Sequence record: NC_027383.1
DNA length: 44,613 nucleotides
Direction: 5' to 3' (one strand)
Source: Escherichia phage YD-2008.s
Both the position numbers and the translations under genes were made by a program. Of this stretch, positions 16,610-25,614 are shown piece by piece. Within the stretch, counting starts at the first letter, position 1. Each line of letters opens with the position of its first letter. The notes under the pieces were generated by a model. It had not been told where the DNA came from and made no database searches. It saw nothing but the letters and a program-made list of their open reading frames with translations.

Positions 16610-19252
16610 TCATCGTTTGTAAAGTACACCACCCGGTTTCGTTGCCTTCACGATCTCGGCCTTCACCGCCTCGGTGATTTGCTTGCCGAACGCCTGCGCG
16701 GTACGGGGGTCCGGCCCGCTGACACTGGTATCCGTTTTACCGGTCCCCGTGTAAACGTTAGTCGTCACGACCATCCCCCCACCTGCGCCAGACGCGGCAA
16801 CGCCCAGTTTCCCGTCCGGCCCGCGCTTCAGTGGCATGATGGCCTCGGGTCCAGCCTCACCCATCAACCCAGCGCCCTTAGCGAACGCCTGGACGCCATA
16901 ACTGAAAAAGGTAGGCTGGCTTACCACTTTCCCGGAATAGGCCGCGAGATTGCCTCCTGCGTACGCTCCGCCGTCCGCATTCTTGGTGAGGCCCGAGAAG
17001 ATAGCGCCGAACAATCCGTTTTTGCCGCCGTCGCCACCGAAAGCGCTAACGATCGACTTGAAAGCCTGCGAGGTAGCCAGCTTGATTAATTCGCTAAGGA
17101 TGGACTTAACCATATCCTTTGCGTTCAGCTTGCCCGTCTCGAAAAACTCGTTCATCGTGTCTTGCATAGCGCTGAACGTGAATTTTGTGAGCGACATCAT
17201 CTGCGTATATCCGTTACCCATATCATCCACACTATCCTTAAGCCCGCGGCTGAAGCCATCCCATAGCGAGGCGTTAGCCCCGGTCTGTGCTTCCTGCACT
17301 TCACGCAGCTTAGACACCGCCTTGTCTATATCGGTATCGTTAGCGCCAACCCTCTTCAGGCGGTCAATTAGCTGCAATTCTTCACGCAGGTTTGCCGCTT
17401 CGCGAGTGGAAAGCGCATAGCCCGCAGCGGTGGCTTTTAGCTCGGCGTTCTGGTTCTTAACGAAGGCATCGATCTGCGCATGCGCCTTAACCTGCTTCTC
17501 TTTCGCGTCCAGCAATTTGGCTTCTTCGACGATCTGCTCGCGCACTTCCTTCACGCGTCCGAATTCGACCATCTGCTGCTTTTCTGCTGCCGTTAGCGCT
17601 CTTTTTTTGCTCGCAGCAATTAACTGCTCATTGTCAGCGATCAGCTTGTTTAATGCTGCTTGAGCGCGTTGCGTGCGGGTCTGCGTAGACGCGTTGGCTT
17701 CGATCTGCTTGCCGGATTCTCGAAGCTGGGCCAGTTCGCTCCGTGCAACTTCCAGCATTTTCATACCGGCATCCACGCGAACAGCCGCGGCCTTCTTCGG
17801 GGCCGGGTCTTTGTAGCGCTCGTTGACCTGCTTCACCGCCTCGGCTAGTTCTTTCTCATCAATAACGCCGCGCTTATTCAGCAAATTGAGGCGGGCGATC
17901 TCGTCTGCACGCTTTTTCGCGTTGGTTGCGTACTCCTTCTCGAACGCAGCGCGGTCGCGGGCGGTGCGGTTAGCCTCCTCGTTCGCCTTTGCGGATTCGT
18001 CTGCGGCGCGGGCGTTGTCTCGCTCCGCACGGTTACGCAGGGTGAGCGACGCCACCACTTTTTCCTGGGCGACCAGTTCGCTGTAAAGCATGTTAATACG
18101 CGCTTTCTGCGCTTCGGTCATAACTCCACCGGCAGCGTTTACCGCTTTCATCTCGGCATAGTAAGCCGTGGTCATGCGCTGCAATGATTCACGCGCTTTC
18201 ATCTCGGACTCATTCGAGGACTGCGCGCGGCCCACATCCAGGATGGCATCCCACATCGATTTAGCTGCCGATGTGACGACGTTCATCGACCGCTCAAGCG
18301 TGCCCATGTTTGACTTGATCTCATTGGTCATGCTGGTGAACGACGCAGCGGCGGTTTTGTTAGCCAACGCAACTGCGTCTGTCTCACGACCCGCATCAAC
18401 CAGCGACTGCACCTGCTGGATCTGCGCTTCGTTTACGACGTGATACTTATCCGCCAGTGCGCGCAAGCCGCCCACGGGGTCAGTGGAGAGCTTCGCCACC
18501 GCCGCCACCACATCCTCGATCGGCTGGCTGGACACCTTCGCAAAGTCATTAACTACCTTAGCCAATGCGCCGAAGTCACCACCCGCTTTCACCCCCGCCG
18601 CCGCCAGCGCCTGGATTGTGTCACGCGTCTTGCGAAATGACCCGCCCATGCGCTCGGCGTTCTCGGACAGCACAAGGATCTGGTTAGCTGTCAGGCCTGA
18701 AATATTACCGGACAGCGCCAGCGTCTTATTAAGCGCCGCCACCTGGTTCTCTGCGCGGGTCGTAATTGCCACCCCTACGCCGAGCGTTGCCGTTAATGCC
18801 GCGATGCCGATCCCTAATGGGCCGAGTGTGCCAACGACATAACGCAGCGTGTTTCCCAGTCCGCCAAACGCCCCAGTAAGCTGCGGTAACTGCTGAAGCA
18901 TAACGCGGTGCACCGGCATACCCATCTCAAGCGTAACCGCGATATCCTGTAACTGGAATGCGGCGTTCCGCGATGCGAATCCCAGGTTTTTGGTCGACAT
19001 GCCTAATCGGCTGGCGAGTCGCTCCTGTTTCGTCATGCCGTCGGCGGCGCGCTGCGATTCAGTCGCTAACTTTTCCATTCCGCCAGCAGCGTCGCCAGTA
19101 ACCTTTTTCGACTTGCCAAGTGTGTCGTTTAATTTTTTTACTTTCTGTTCTGTGTTCTCGGATTTCTGCGCAAATGTGTCCAGCACAGTATTAGCCGTTT
19201 TAATTTGCGCGACGTCCGCCTTGAGCGTGATGCCCGCTGCCTGATCTGCCAT
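16610..19252 (-). CDS. tail tape measure protein
   Basis: 880 aa; long Ala/Gln/Lys/Glu-rich coiled-coil protein with Gly-rich C-terminus, downstream of the G/GT chaperone. Confidence 0.8.
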   Translation of the reverse strand: MADQAAGITLKADVAQIKTANTVLDTFAQKSENTEQKVKKLNDTLGKSKKVTGDAAGGMEKLATESQRAADGMTKQERLASRLGMSTKNLGFASRNAAFQLQDIAVTLEMGMPVHRVMLQQLPQLTGAFGGLGNTLRYVVGTLGPLGIGIAALTATLGVGVAITTRAENQVAALNKTLALSGNISGLTANQILVLSENAERMGGSFRKTRDTIQALAAAGVKAGGDFGALAKVVNDFAKVSSQPIEDVVAAVAKLSTDPVGGLRALADKYHVVNEAQIQQVQSLVDAGRETDAVALANKTAAASFTSMTNEIKSNMGTLERSMNVVTSAAKSMWDAILDVGRAQSSNESEMKARESLQRMTTAYYAEMKAVNAAGGVMTEAQKARINMLYSELVAQEKVVASLTLRNRAERDNARAADESAKANEEANRTARDRAAFEKEYATNAKKRADEIARLNLLNKRGVIDEKELAEAVKQVNERYKDPAPKKAAAVRVDAGMKMLEVARSELAQLRESGKQIEANASTQTRTQRAQAALNKLIADNEQLIAASKKRALTAAEKQQMVEFGRVKEVREQIVEEAKLLDAKEKQVKAHAQIDAFVKNQNAELKATAAGYALSTREAANLREELQLIDRLKRVGANDTDIDKAVSKLREVQEAQTGANASLWDGFSRGLKDSVDDMGNGYTQMMSLTKFTFSAMQDTMNEFFETGKLNAKDMVKSILSELIKLATSQAFKSIVSAFGGDGGKNGLFGAIFSGLTKNADGGAYAGGNLAAYSGKVVSQPTFFSYGVQAFAKGAGLMGEAGPEAIMPLKRGPDGKLGVAASGAGGGMVVTTNVYTGTGKTDTSVSGPDPRTAQAFGKQITEAVKAEIVKATKPGGVLYKR

Positions 19253-19267
19253 TATGCAGTCCCCCTT

Positions 19268-19650
19268 TTTATGCAGTTGCCGTCGGTCATTGTATCAGCG
19301 AATTTAAAACAAACCTTATTCAGTCTCAGACGAGGGGGGCCATTGACCCCCGTCTAGTCTGAAAGACTGGGCTTTGTCCCGCCTGTCCCGATCGGCTAAA
19401 ACCCGCGGCAGCACTGGCTGGGACAGGGGTGCTGTCCCGCTTTGTCCCGCCCAATTCTGCCCCGCTTTTTGTCCCGTTTGTTTTATGCAGAAAAACCGCA
19501 TAGCCATTCACTTTTGAGGGGTGGGACAGATCGGGACAGCACCCCCGTCCCGCTTTTAGTTTATGCAATGAAAGTGAGTATATATGCGGTTTAATGGTGG
19601 CGGGACAAAACGGGACGTCCCGCCTGTCCCGCTTCGTTATGCGGGGTTCT
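19268..19650. repeat. iteron-rich structured noncoding element A
   Basis: ~380 bp without a credible ORF; at least 12 GTCCCGC/GCGGGAC heptamers; hairpin AGACGAGGGGG...CCCCCGTCT; palindromes GGGACAGGGGTGCTGTCCC and CGGGACGTCCCG; core 19307..19480 is homologous to 35962..36135. Confidence 0.6.
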
Positions 19651-20313
19651 GCCGCGCCATTTCATCCAGCGCAACGCGTTCCATTAGCTTGATATCTTTA
19701 AACGCGCGTTGCGCGTTTTCGATGCCGTGCATCTTAAATAACCATTCCAGCACGCCGTAGTCGATGCCGTATGCGCCACCGAATCCGGTGCGCCATTGCG
19801 TGGAGCAATCTGTGAAGACTGCGACTACCTTCGCATTGTCGGGCCATAGTGCAACCGGGGGGCAAACGTCTTCAGGGGTCGCCCCCCATAAACTCGCGGC
19901 TAAATCTTCGGAGGGTGGCGGCGGGCCATAAAAGCGTCGCGCCGCCTCAATTAGTTTTTTTCACGCAATCCCATCAGTTCGAGATAGTACGACGTATGGA
20001 ACACGCCGAACGCGCGCGGGTAGTTGACCACCAGGCGGCGGACGTTCTCCGCGTTAAATTCGTCCGGCAGATTCCAGCCTTCTGCGACGTGCATGATGGC
20101 CTCGACCATAACGTTAAAGCCGTCCGGATCATTGTCGTCATACTCCGACAACTTGCGCTCAGTATCCTGCATGGTCTGCGAAAACTCGTCAATCGGACGG
20201 TGGCGCACGGTAAACGTCATTTTGCCTGGTTCGTTCTCACCAGGGCGCGGGATCTCAATCGGCAGCTTAAAGGTCGGTTTAGGGTCTAGTGTGAAGAGTG
20301 GTGATTTAGCCAT
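19637..20313 (-). CDS. tail assembly chaperone GT fusion via -1 programmed ribosomal frameshift
   Basis: Canonical slippery heptamer A AAA AAC (minus strand, 19960-19954) at the end of G; the -1 frame stays open for ~106 codons to TAA at 19637-19639. Confidence 0.55.
19951..20313 (-). CDS. tail assembly chaperone G
   Basis: 120 aa from ATG 20313 (GGAGAA RBS); ends ...LREKN at a slippery site. Confidence 0.65.
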   Translation of the reverse strand: MAKSPLFTLDPKPTFKLPIEIPRPGENEPGKMTFTVRHRPIDEFSQTMQDTERKLSEYDDNDPDGFNVMVEAIMHVAEGWNLPDEFNAENVRRLVVNYPRAFGVFHTSYYLELMGLREKN

Positions 20314-20335
20314 TATATAATTCTCCAATAAAAAA

Positions 20336-20352
20336 GGGGCCGTACTGGCCCC
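20336..20352 (-). terminator. intrinsic terminator after the major tail protein gene
   Basis: Minus strand GGGGCC agtac GGCCCC followed by TTTTTTATT. Confidence 0.6.
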
Positions 20353-20382
20353 ATATTAACACCCGCTATTTAAGCGACCAAA

Positions 20383-21108
20383 TTACGACAGCGCCTCGAC
20401 CAAGTCCTTACGGTAAATAACCATATCGGACTGCATAGTGAGGGTGGACTCCACCGTCTCCACGTTGTTTACTTCAGCCGACGGAATCTTGCGGAAAGAC
20501 ACCTTAGCCGGGTAAATGCGGATTTCACCTTTGCCGCTTGCCGCTGCCGGGTTAGTGAACTTAATCACAGTGGTTTTCTGTGTGTCGTCCAGGTCTTCCA
20601 GAATCGGGCGGATCGGGTCTTCTTCGTCGTGGGTGAAAGTGTAGGTCTGGACCAACGGGTTTTTCGTGGTGTTCAGACTGATCGCGGTATTCACCTGCAA
20701 CGGCTGGAAGGTGGTGGTCTGCTGGTCGCCACCCGACACGGCAACGTTAGTGATAAACGGGAAGTCGATAAAGCTCGACACCTTCACGACCTCACCCGGT
20801 GTGCCTACGCCGAAAGCACCGGTCGGGTATTTGGTGGCGTCTTGAGTATCGAAGCGCGCCAGCGTCACGTCGTTCCCGGACACTTTACCCACGATGAACG
20901 CGCGGTTCAGCGCACGGACCCACGGGGTTTTAGTGAACATAACAACGTCGCCAACAACCAGACCGTGAGACTCCGCGCAGGTAATTACGCAACCTTGCGT
21001 AAGGTCGGAGATCGACGCAGCGGCGTTGGTAGCTGCCGTAACCGCGATACCATTGCCTAGTACGGACCCGATCTGGACGCTGGACCCGTTAGGAAGTTGA
21101 TAACCCAT
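20383..21108 (-). CDS. major tail protein
   Basis: 241 aa; sits between neck genes and the G/GT chaperone; followed by a terminator. Confidence 0.65.
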   Translation of the reverse strand: MGYQLPNGSSVQIGSVLGNGIAVTAATNAAASISDLTQGCVITCAESHGLVVGDVVMFTKTPWVRALNRAFIVGKVSGNDVTLARFDTQDATKYPTGAFGVGTPGEVVKVSSFIDFPFITNVAVSGGDQQTTTFQPLQVNTAISLNTTKNPLVQTYTFTHDEEDPIRPILEDLDDTQKTTVIKFTNPAAASGKGEIRIYPAKVSFRKIPSAEVNNVETVESTLTMQSDMVIYRKDLVEALS

Positions 21109-21169
21109 AATGAACGCTCCTGTTTAGATATACGGTTTAATGATACAGCACGCGCAGAATTGCGCCAAA

Positions 21170-21592
21170 TCAGGCGCAACAGGTGTAGGGGACTGTAACC
21201 ACGATGCGGGCGCGATCAACGTCCTCGACCACCGAACTGGTATAAGGCGAGTCCTGAAGCTGGAAGGCCGCTCCCGAAATCTTCACCGCCAGCCACTTAT
21301 CCGACGTCGCGATGGCGTCCGCCAGTTCGCTCGCGTACTGTGTACCAGTGCCAGCGGGAAACACCACGGCAACCTGATATACGCCAGCATAGATCCGGCC
21401 CTTCTGCTGGAAGCCCACAAACTGGGTCGGGGCCGGTAGCAGGTACGGCTCCAGGTAGACACCGCTGCCGTTTGCGTGGTCGCCGCTCACGTTCTCCCAG
21501 TTAACCCTAATCGGACGCTGGCTTGTGCTCAGGCTTGCCGATAACTCTTCAACCACGCTGTTAAGCGCTTTGCGGATTGCGGTATTGCTCAT
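21170..21592 (-). CDS. tail terminator / tail completion protein (putative)
   Basis: 140 aa; position immediately upstream of the major tail protein gene. Confidence 0.45.
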   Translation of the reverse strand: MSNTAIRKALNSVVEELSASLSTSQRPIRVNWENVSGDHANGSGVYLEPYLLPAPTQFVGFQQKGRIYAGVYQVAVVFPAGTGTQYASELADAIATSDKWLAVKISGAAFQLQDSPYTSSVVEDVDRARIVVTVPYTCCA

Positions 21593-22185
21593 TATTTCAC
21601 CTTCGAATTAATTTCTGCCGCTACGACGCGAACAATCCCCGCTGGCGCTTGTTTACTCCAGCCATACTCAAGTCGCTGCGCGTATGGCACGTTGTTAGTA
21701 AACCAGATCGACCCGTATTCACTCGAATCATAGTGCGCCAACACTTCACGCCCAGCGGCTAATGTTGCCGTTCCGGCCTTGTCCACGCGGTCAATAGCGC
21801 CAACAGCCGGGCGGTCGAACGTCACCTGCCAGTTTCCCCGGAAGCGTCCGCCGGTGTAATTCTTCGCAGCCCAGCCACGCTGGCGGAACGTGACGTTGCC
21901 GTTTTTAGTCTTGAACGAGACGAGTACGCTGGCGTGCTTCTTCTGCCCGCGCTTCAGTTTGCCGCCATTCTTGCGTCGCTGTGCGGCGTTCACCTTGTTC
22001 GCGTGTTCGCGTGCAAGCGCGTAAGCCTTGTTAATCTTCCACCGGCGAGGGTCGCCCACCGGGGAGATCTCGATCAGGCGTCCGAGTATTTGCATCCCGT
22101 ACGCCCGCACCGCCTTATCGTTGTTCTCCTTCGTCTTATCCACCCACGTAGCAATAGTGGCGGCGAACGAGTAGACTTCAGCCAC
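21592..22185 (-). CDS. neck protein, HK97 gp10-like (putative)
   Basis: 197 aa; basic, neck-module position. Confidence 0.45.
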   Translation of the reverse strand: MAEVYSFAATIATWVDKTKENNDKAVRAYGMQILGRLIEISPVGDPRRWKINKAYALAREHANKVNAAQRRKNGGKLKRGQKKHASVLVSFKTKNGNVTFRQRGWAAKNYTGGRFRGNWQVTFDRPAVGAIDRVDKAGTATLAAGREVLAHYDSSEYGSIWFTNNVPYAQRLEYGWSKQAPAGIVRVVAAEINSKVK

Positions 22186-22186
22186 G

Positions 22187-22540
22187 TTAGCCCCTTAGCT
22201 GTAGTTGAAACAGCATGGTCGTGCCTGCTGGTTGCAGTGGGTTAGGATTGATGACCCGGTAGTCAGTGCCGTTCAGGTTAACCAGGTCGCCCACCCGCAA
22301 TTGCTCAACCGCCCGACATAAAAACTTCACATCACCGGCAACGATACGCGTTCCGTCGATCTCGCTAGGCTTGTACTCCTCGCGAAGACCGATGACGTCA
22401 AACGAGGTCGGCGGGATGACCACTTCTTCGCCGTCTACGCGGTCAACCGACCCCGGACGCGTAACAGTAACGGTCATGCCGAATTTTTTAATCAGCGGAT
22501 TAACTTTCCGCTTTAATCCTGCGTAATTAAAGCCCGCCAT
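22187..22540 (-). CDS. head closure / head-tail joining protein (putative)
   Basis: 117 aa; neck-module position. Confidence 0.45.
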   Translation of the reverse strand: MAGFNYAGLKRKVNPLIKKFGMTVTVTRPGSVDRVDGEEVVIPPTSFDVIGLREEYKPSEIDGTRIVAGDVKFLCRAVEQLRVGDLVNLNGTDYRVINPNPLQPAGTTMLFQLQLRG

Positions 22541-22646
22541 CTACTTCACTCTCCTGTGCCGGTGGTACTGGTTCTGGCTCCGGTTCTTGTTCCGGCGGCT
22601 GTTTAGTATTTGCAGCAATAATAGCCGCGAGTAATGCAGGATTCAT
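22527..22646 (-). CDS. possible small ORF (39 aa, Pro/Glu-rich)
   Basis: ATG one nucleotide after the upstream stop; MNPALLAAIIAANTKQPPEQEPEPEPVPP...; below the ORF-track size cutoff. Confidence 0.25.
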   Translation of the reverse strand: MNPALLAAIIAANTKQPPEQEPEPEPVPPAQESEVDGGL

Positions 22647-22647
22647 A

Positions 22648-23148
22648 TTACCCCCTGAATACGTCGAAATTGCCTGCGGCGTTACCGCCAGAATCAACCC
22701 AGTGCCCTAACAAGCCATCCCACCACGGGAACGATACCCCGCTACCAATCGACGCCGGGTCATACTCCATCGTGATCGGGCCGACCGTTTCGCGAATAGT
22801 CTCTTTACCATCGCCGATCGGAGAAATATCAACATCGTCAGCCACCAGCATTGCCAGCCGGTAGACGGCTTGCTCAACGGCAACTGGGATTGATGCGAAG
22901 TCAACAATCTGCCCAGCGGGTACTACTGCCAAATCTTCAGTAAGCGTGTTTAGTACCGGCTTACCGTCTGATTGGTAGTTGATGCGAGGCCATGCGTCTA
23001 TTCCTGTCTGGTCCGCCTGTTCGCCGATCCAGTTGATGCCGTTAAGGAAGTCATTAACGACGGTGAGGTGTCGAGTTGCATCGCTCAGCGTGACTTCAAC
23101 GCCTCGCGCTGCGGCATAATCGACAAAGGTTTGCGGGTCGCCATACAT
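22648..23148 (-). CDS. head-tail connector/adaptor protein (putative)
   Basis: Track ORF 22648..23178 trimmed to ATG 23148 (GGAG RBS), because 23178 lies inside the capsid terminator hairpin. Confidence 0.45.
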   Translation of the reverse strand: MYGDPQTFVDYAAARGVEVTLSDATRHLTVVNDFLNGINWIGEQADQTGIDAWPRINYQSDGKPVLNTLTEDLAVVPAGQIVDFASIPVAVEQAVYRLAMLVADDVDISPIGDGKETIRETVGPITMEYDPASIGSGVSFPWWDGLLGHWVDSGGNAAGNFDVFRG

Positions 23149-23169
23149 TTCATTCACTCCTATAAAAAA

Positions 23170-23187
23170 GGCGGGCATAAGCCCGCC
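23170..23187 (-). terminator. intrinsic terminator after the major capsid gene
   Basis: Minus strand GGCGGGC ttat GCCCGCC followed by TTTTTTATA. Confidence 0.55.
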
Positions 23188-23206
23188 CCTTTGGGATGTG
23201 CGCCTG

Positions 23207-24307
23207 TTAGGACGCTGTGGTCGCAGTCAGCGTAACCAGTACGCCCGCCGTTTCTTTGATGTGACGGGTAGGCACTGCCTGTGCGGCCTGGGTCTTACGA
23301 CGGCCTTTAGTATCGCTGTCACCAACAGCGCCAACATCCTGAACGGTTGCCGGTGCGTTGTCTACCTGGCCCTGATCCAGTTCCCAGTTAGCGGAAGTGG
23401 TAATATCGTCCAGTTTGAACGAGCGAACGCCTTCGATCGGAGTACGAGCGGACGCCTTCAGACGATAGCCTTTAACAGCCACGTTGAAGTCGAACTCGCC
23501 CTGCCACCAGCGCTCAATGTTCTCGTTACCACCTTTTTCCTGCGCCAGCATATCAAGGCCGTTGGTGGTAACTGCAACCGCGCCAGGGACCAGACCCAGC
23601 ATTTTGCCAGCGCCCATAGCATCGGCAGCGGCATCGGAGATAATGAAACGGCGGCCCAGGCCGTCGCCCATCACTTGCAGATCGCCGATCGCGAATACCT
23701 GCTCGGCGGAAGGGAGCGCCTGGTAAGCAATGAAGTTTGCCCAGGTAACGCCGTCCATAAACCAGGATTTAATCAAAGACGCCTGATCGCCGAACTTAGA
23801 AGCCGCCAGCGGGAAGTCTGCCAGGGTTGGGAAGGTACGACCGCCAACGCCGTCAACGCGCGCCGGTTGGGTGTAGTTTGCCGCTGTGTTGCTTTCAATA
23901 GCGGCTTTGCCCGCACCGATACCAGCCTTCAGGTAATGCAGCATAATCGCTTGAGTAGCCTGTGCCGCAATCTCCGCCGCAACGCTGTTAACGTTGGTTT
24001 CGATCTTAGCCATCATGGCCTTCGTGATTGCTACCGGACCCACTTTCGCGGAAAGGTTAACGGAGTTGGTCAGCATACGCGCCAGCACTTTTGCGGTCGC
24101 CGGAGTACCTACCGGGGCATAGGCGTTACGGTCGGTAACGAGGTTGGCGATCAAGCCTACGGACATTTTTTCTACAACGTCCTTCAGCACTTCACCCGTG
24201 CCGAGAACAACAGCACCGTTAGCGGCAGCGTTGAACACGTTCAGGTTGTCGGGGATCATTTGCGTAACCGCGGTGACGAGTTTACGCTGGAACACTGTTA
24301 AAGACAT
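23207..24307 (-). CDS. major capsid protein
   Basis: 366 aa; balanced composition; follows scaffold gene and precedes a strong terminator; the antisense ORF is Arg/Cys/His-rich. Confidence 0.8.
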   Translation of the reverse strand: MSLTVFQRKLVTAVTQMIPDNLNVFNAAANGAVVLGTGEVLKDVVEKMSVGLIANLVTDRNAYAPVGTPATAKVLARMLTNSVNLSAKVGPVAITKAMMAKIETNVNSVAAEIAAQATQAIMLHYLKAGIGAGKAAIESNTAANYTQPARVDGVGGRTFPTLADFPLAASKFGDQASLIKSWFMDGVTWANFIAYQALPSAEQVFAIGDLQVMGDGLGRRFIISDAAADAMGAGKMLGLVPGAVAVTTNGLDMLAQEKGGNENIERWWQGEFDFNVAVKGYRLKASARTPIEGVRSFKLDDITTSANWELDQGQVDNAPATVQDVGAVGDSDTKGRRKTQAAQAVPTRHIKETAGVLVTLTATTAS

Positions 24308-24380
24308 ATCGAAATCCTTTGAGTTGTGAGCATTCGCCCAGTACCGTTAATGTTACCTTAGATTTACGCGCTCGCAAAAT

Positions 24381-24398
24381 TGCCCGCTTTCGCGGGCA
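24381..24398 (-). terminator. stem-loop / partial terminator between scaffold and capsid genes
   Basis: TGCCCGC tttc GCGGGCA hairpin followed on the minus strand by a short T-run. Confidence 0.35.
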
Positions 24399-24404
24399 AT
24401 GTGC

Positions 24405-25106
24405 TTACTCGTCGCCCATTTTAGCGATGATGTCACCAGCCTGTTTCGTCAGATCGGTGATGCCGAAGCTGTGGCCCATAGAGATTTTCGACTTCACATC
24501 TTCGACAACATGCGTCGGTTTGCTCGGCGCACCACCGGCTGGCGTGCCAGCCAGGACGGATGCAAAATCGGCGTTATTACGGAACTCTTTTTCAAGCTCT
24601 TCCATAGTCAGCGCGGAGGGTTTGCCGTCCTTCAGTACCCGCACCTTCAAGCTGCCGTCCTCGCCGTCTTCCAGCGTGAGGCGGTCCATAACGTGGCGTT
24701 GCATGATGCCAGCATTCTTACCGAACAGCTTCGAGGCCAAATCTTTGGCAGCGCTGCCGATGGTCAGGTCGTGGATCTGCTTGCGGTAGGCTTCGATTTT
24801 CCCCGATGTGTCCGCTTCATGTTTTGCGAACTTATCTTTCCAGGACTTATCGATCGCTTCGAGGTCGCCATTTTTGCGCGCGGCGGCTTCCTCTTTCTCT
24901 TTCGCAAGGCGCTCAGCTTCGGCGCGGCGTTCGGCTTCTGCTTTCTTCTCGCTAACCAGCTTCGCATTGTTGTCTTTCAGACCCTTGATCTCCGCCTGTA
25001 CTTCTTCGGCGGTCATGAACGTGGATTTATACCCATCGCCATCGGCAACAAATAAGGCCTTCATGCCTTCTGGCAACGCGTCATATTCTGCTTTAGTAAG
25101 TTTCAT
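24405..25106 (-). CDS. capsid scaffolding protein
   Basis: 233 aa from ATG 25106 (GGGGG RBS); highly charged Ala/Glu/Lys-rich helical protein immediately upstream of the capsid gene. Confidence 0.6.
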   Translation of the reverse strand: MKLTKAEYDALPEGMKALFVADGDGYKSTFMTAEEVQAEIKGLKDNNAKLVSEKKAEAERRAEAERLAKEKEEAAARKNGDLEAIDKSWKDKFAKHEADTSGKIEAYRKQIHDLTIGSAAKDLASKLFGKNAGIMQRHVMDRLTLEDGEDGSLKVRVLKDGKPSALTMEELEKEFRNNADFASVLAGTPAGGAPSKPTHVVEDVKSKISMGHSFGITDLTKQAGDIIAKMGDE

Positions 25107-25195
25107 GCTATCCCCCTGGGATTGTGGCAAAGCGGGCCACCCGCTTGACTTCACGCCTTAATATTATCAGCGATAAAAATAATCGCAAAATTCGC

Positions 25196-25225
25196 TTGCA
25201 TTGCGGATGTTGGTCGCATTATATT
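25196..25225 (+). promoter_or_regulatory. sigma70-like promoter TTGCAT-N17/18-TTATATT with TTGGTCGCA/TTGGTTGCA boxes
   Basis: -35 25196-25201, -10 25219-25225; drives a two-gene plus-strand cassette. Confidence 0.5.
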
Positions 25226-25260
25226 GGTTGCACACCAACAGAGATATGAAGGAAAACAAA

Positions 25261-25575
25261 ATGACTAACATGACCGTAGCAACTCCAGTAGACGCCGCAA
25301 TGGTCCGCTTCAATAAAGCTACCGTAGCGAATACCTTTACCTTTCACGCAATGCGTAACGCGGAAGCGCTGAATCTGTGCCAGAGCATGAATGCTTCCGA
25401 AGCGGCAAAAGCGGCGATCAACTCTGCGATATTCGATAATCCGGCTTGCGGCCTGGTTCCGGCATCTTTCATCAACGCCCTGGTAGAAGCCTTTAACGAT
25501 TTCATGTGCGTCGATGCCGTTGAGGCTGTATGCGCTCGCTTAACTTCCACCGATGGCAACATCAAGTTTAACTAA
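25261..25575 (+). CDS. hypothetical protein (104 aa), island gene 1
   Basis: AAGGA RBS 7 nt before ATG 25261; plus strand inside the minus-strand structural module. Confidence 0.5.
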   Translation: MTNMTVATPVDAAMVRFNKATVANTFTFHAMRNAEALNLCQSMNASEAAKAAINSAIFDNPACGLVPASFINALVEAFNDFMCVDAVEAVCARLTSTDGNIKFN

Positions 25576-25614
25576 ACCAAATGGGGCGAAAGCCCCAATA
25601 ATGAGGACACAAAA

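Noticed and set aside
19313-19356. Hairpins in the repeat elements as possible tRNA genes
   Set aside because: No cloverleaf: no T-loop resembling TTCRAAT, no D-arm or anticodon arm of appropriate geometry; I did not find tRNA-like sequence elsewhere in the window.
19268-19650. Possibility that the GTCCCGC repeat cluster is a CRISPR array
   Set aside because: Repeats are 7-8 bp at irregular 8-12 bp spacing, in both orientations; there are no 25-40 bp repeats alternating with unique spacers.
23198-24301. 367-aa plus-strand ORF covering the major capsid region
   Set aside because: Antisense to the capsid gene; Arg/Cys/His-rich low-complexity translation; the minus-strand ORF has protein-like composition and correct operon context.
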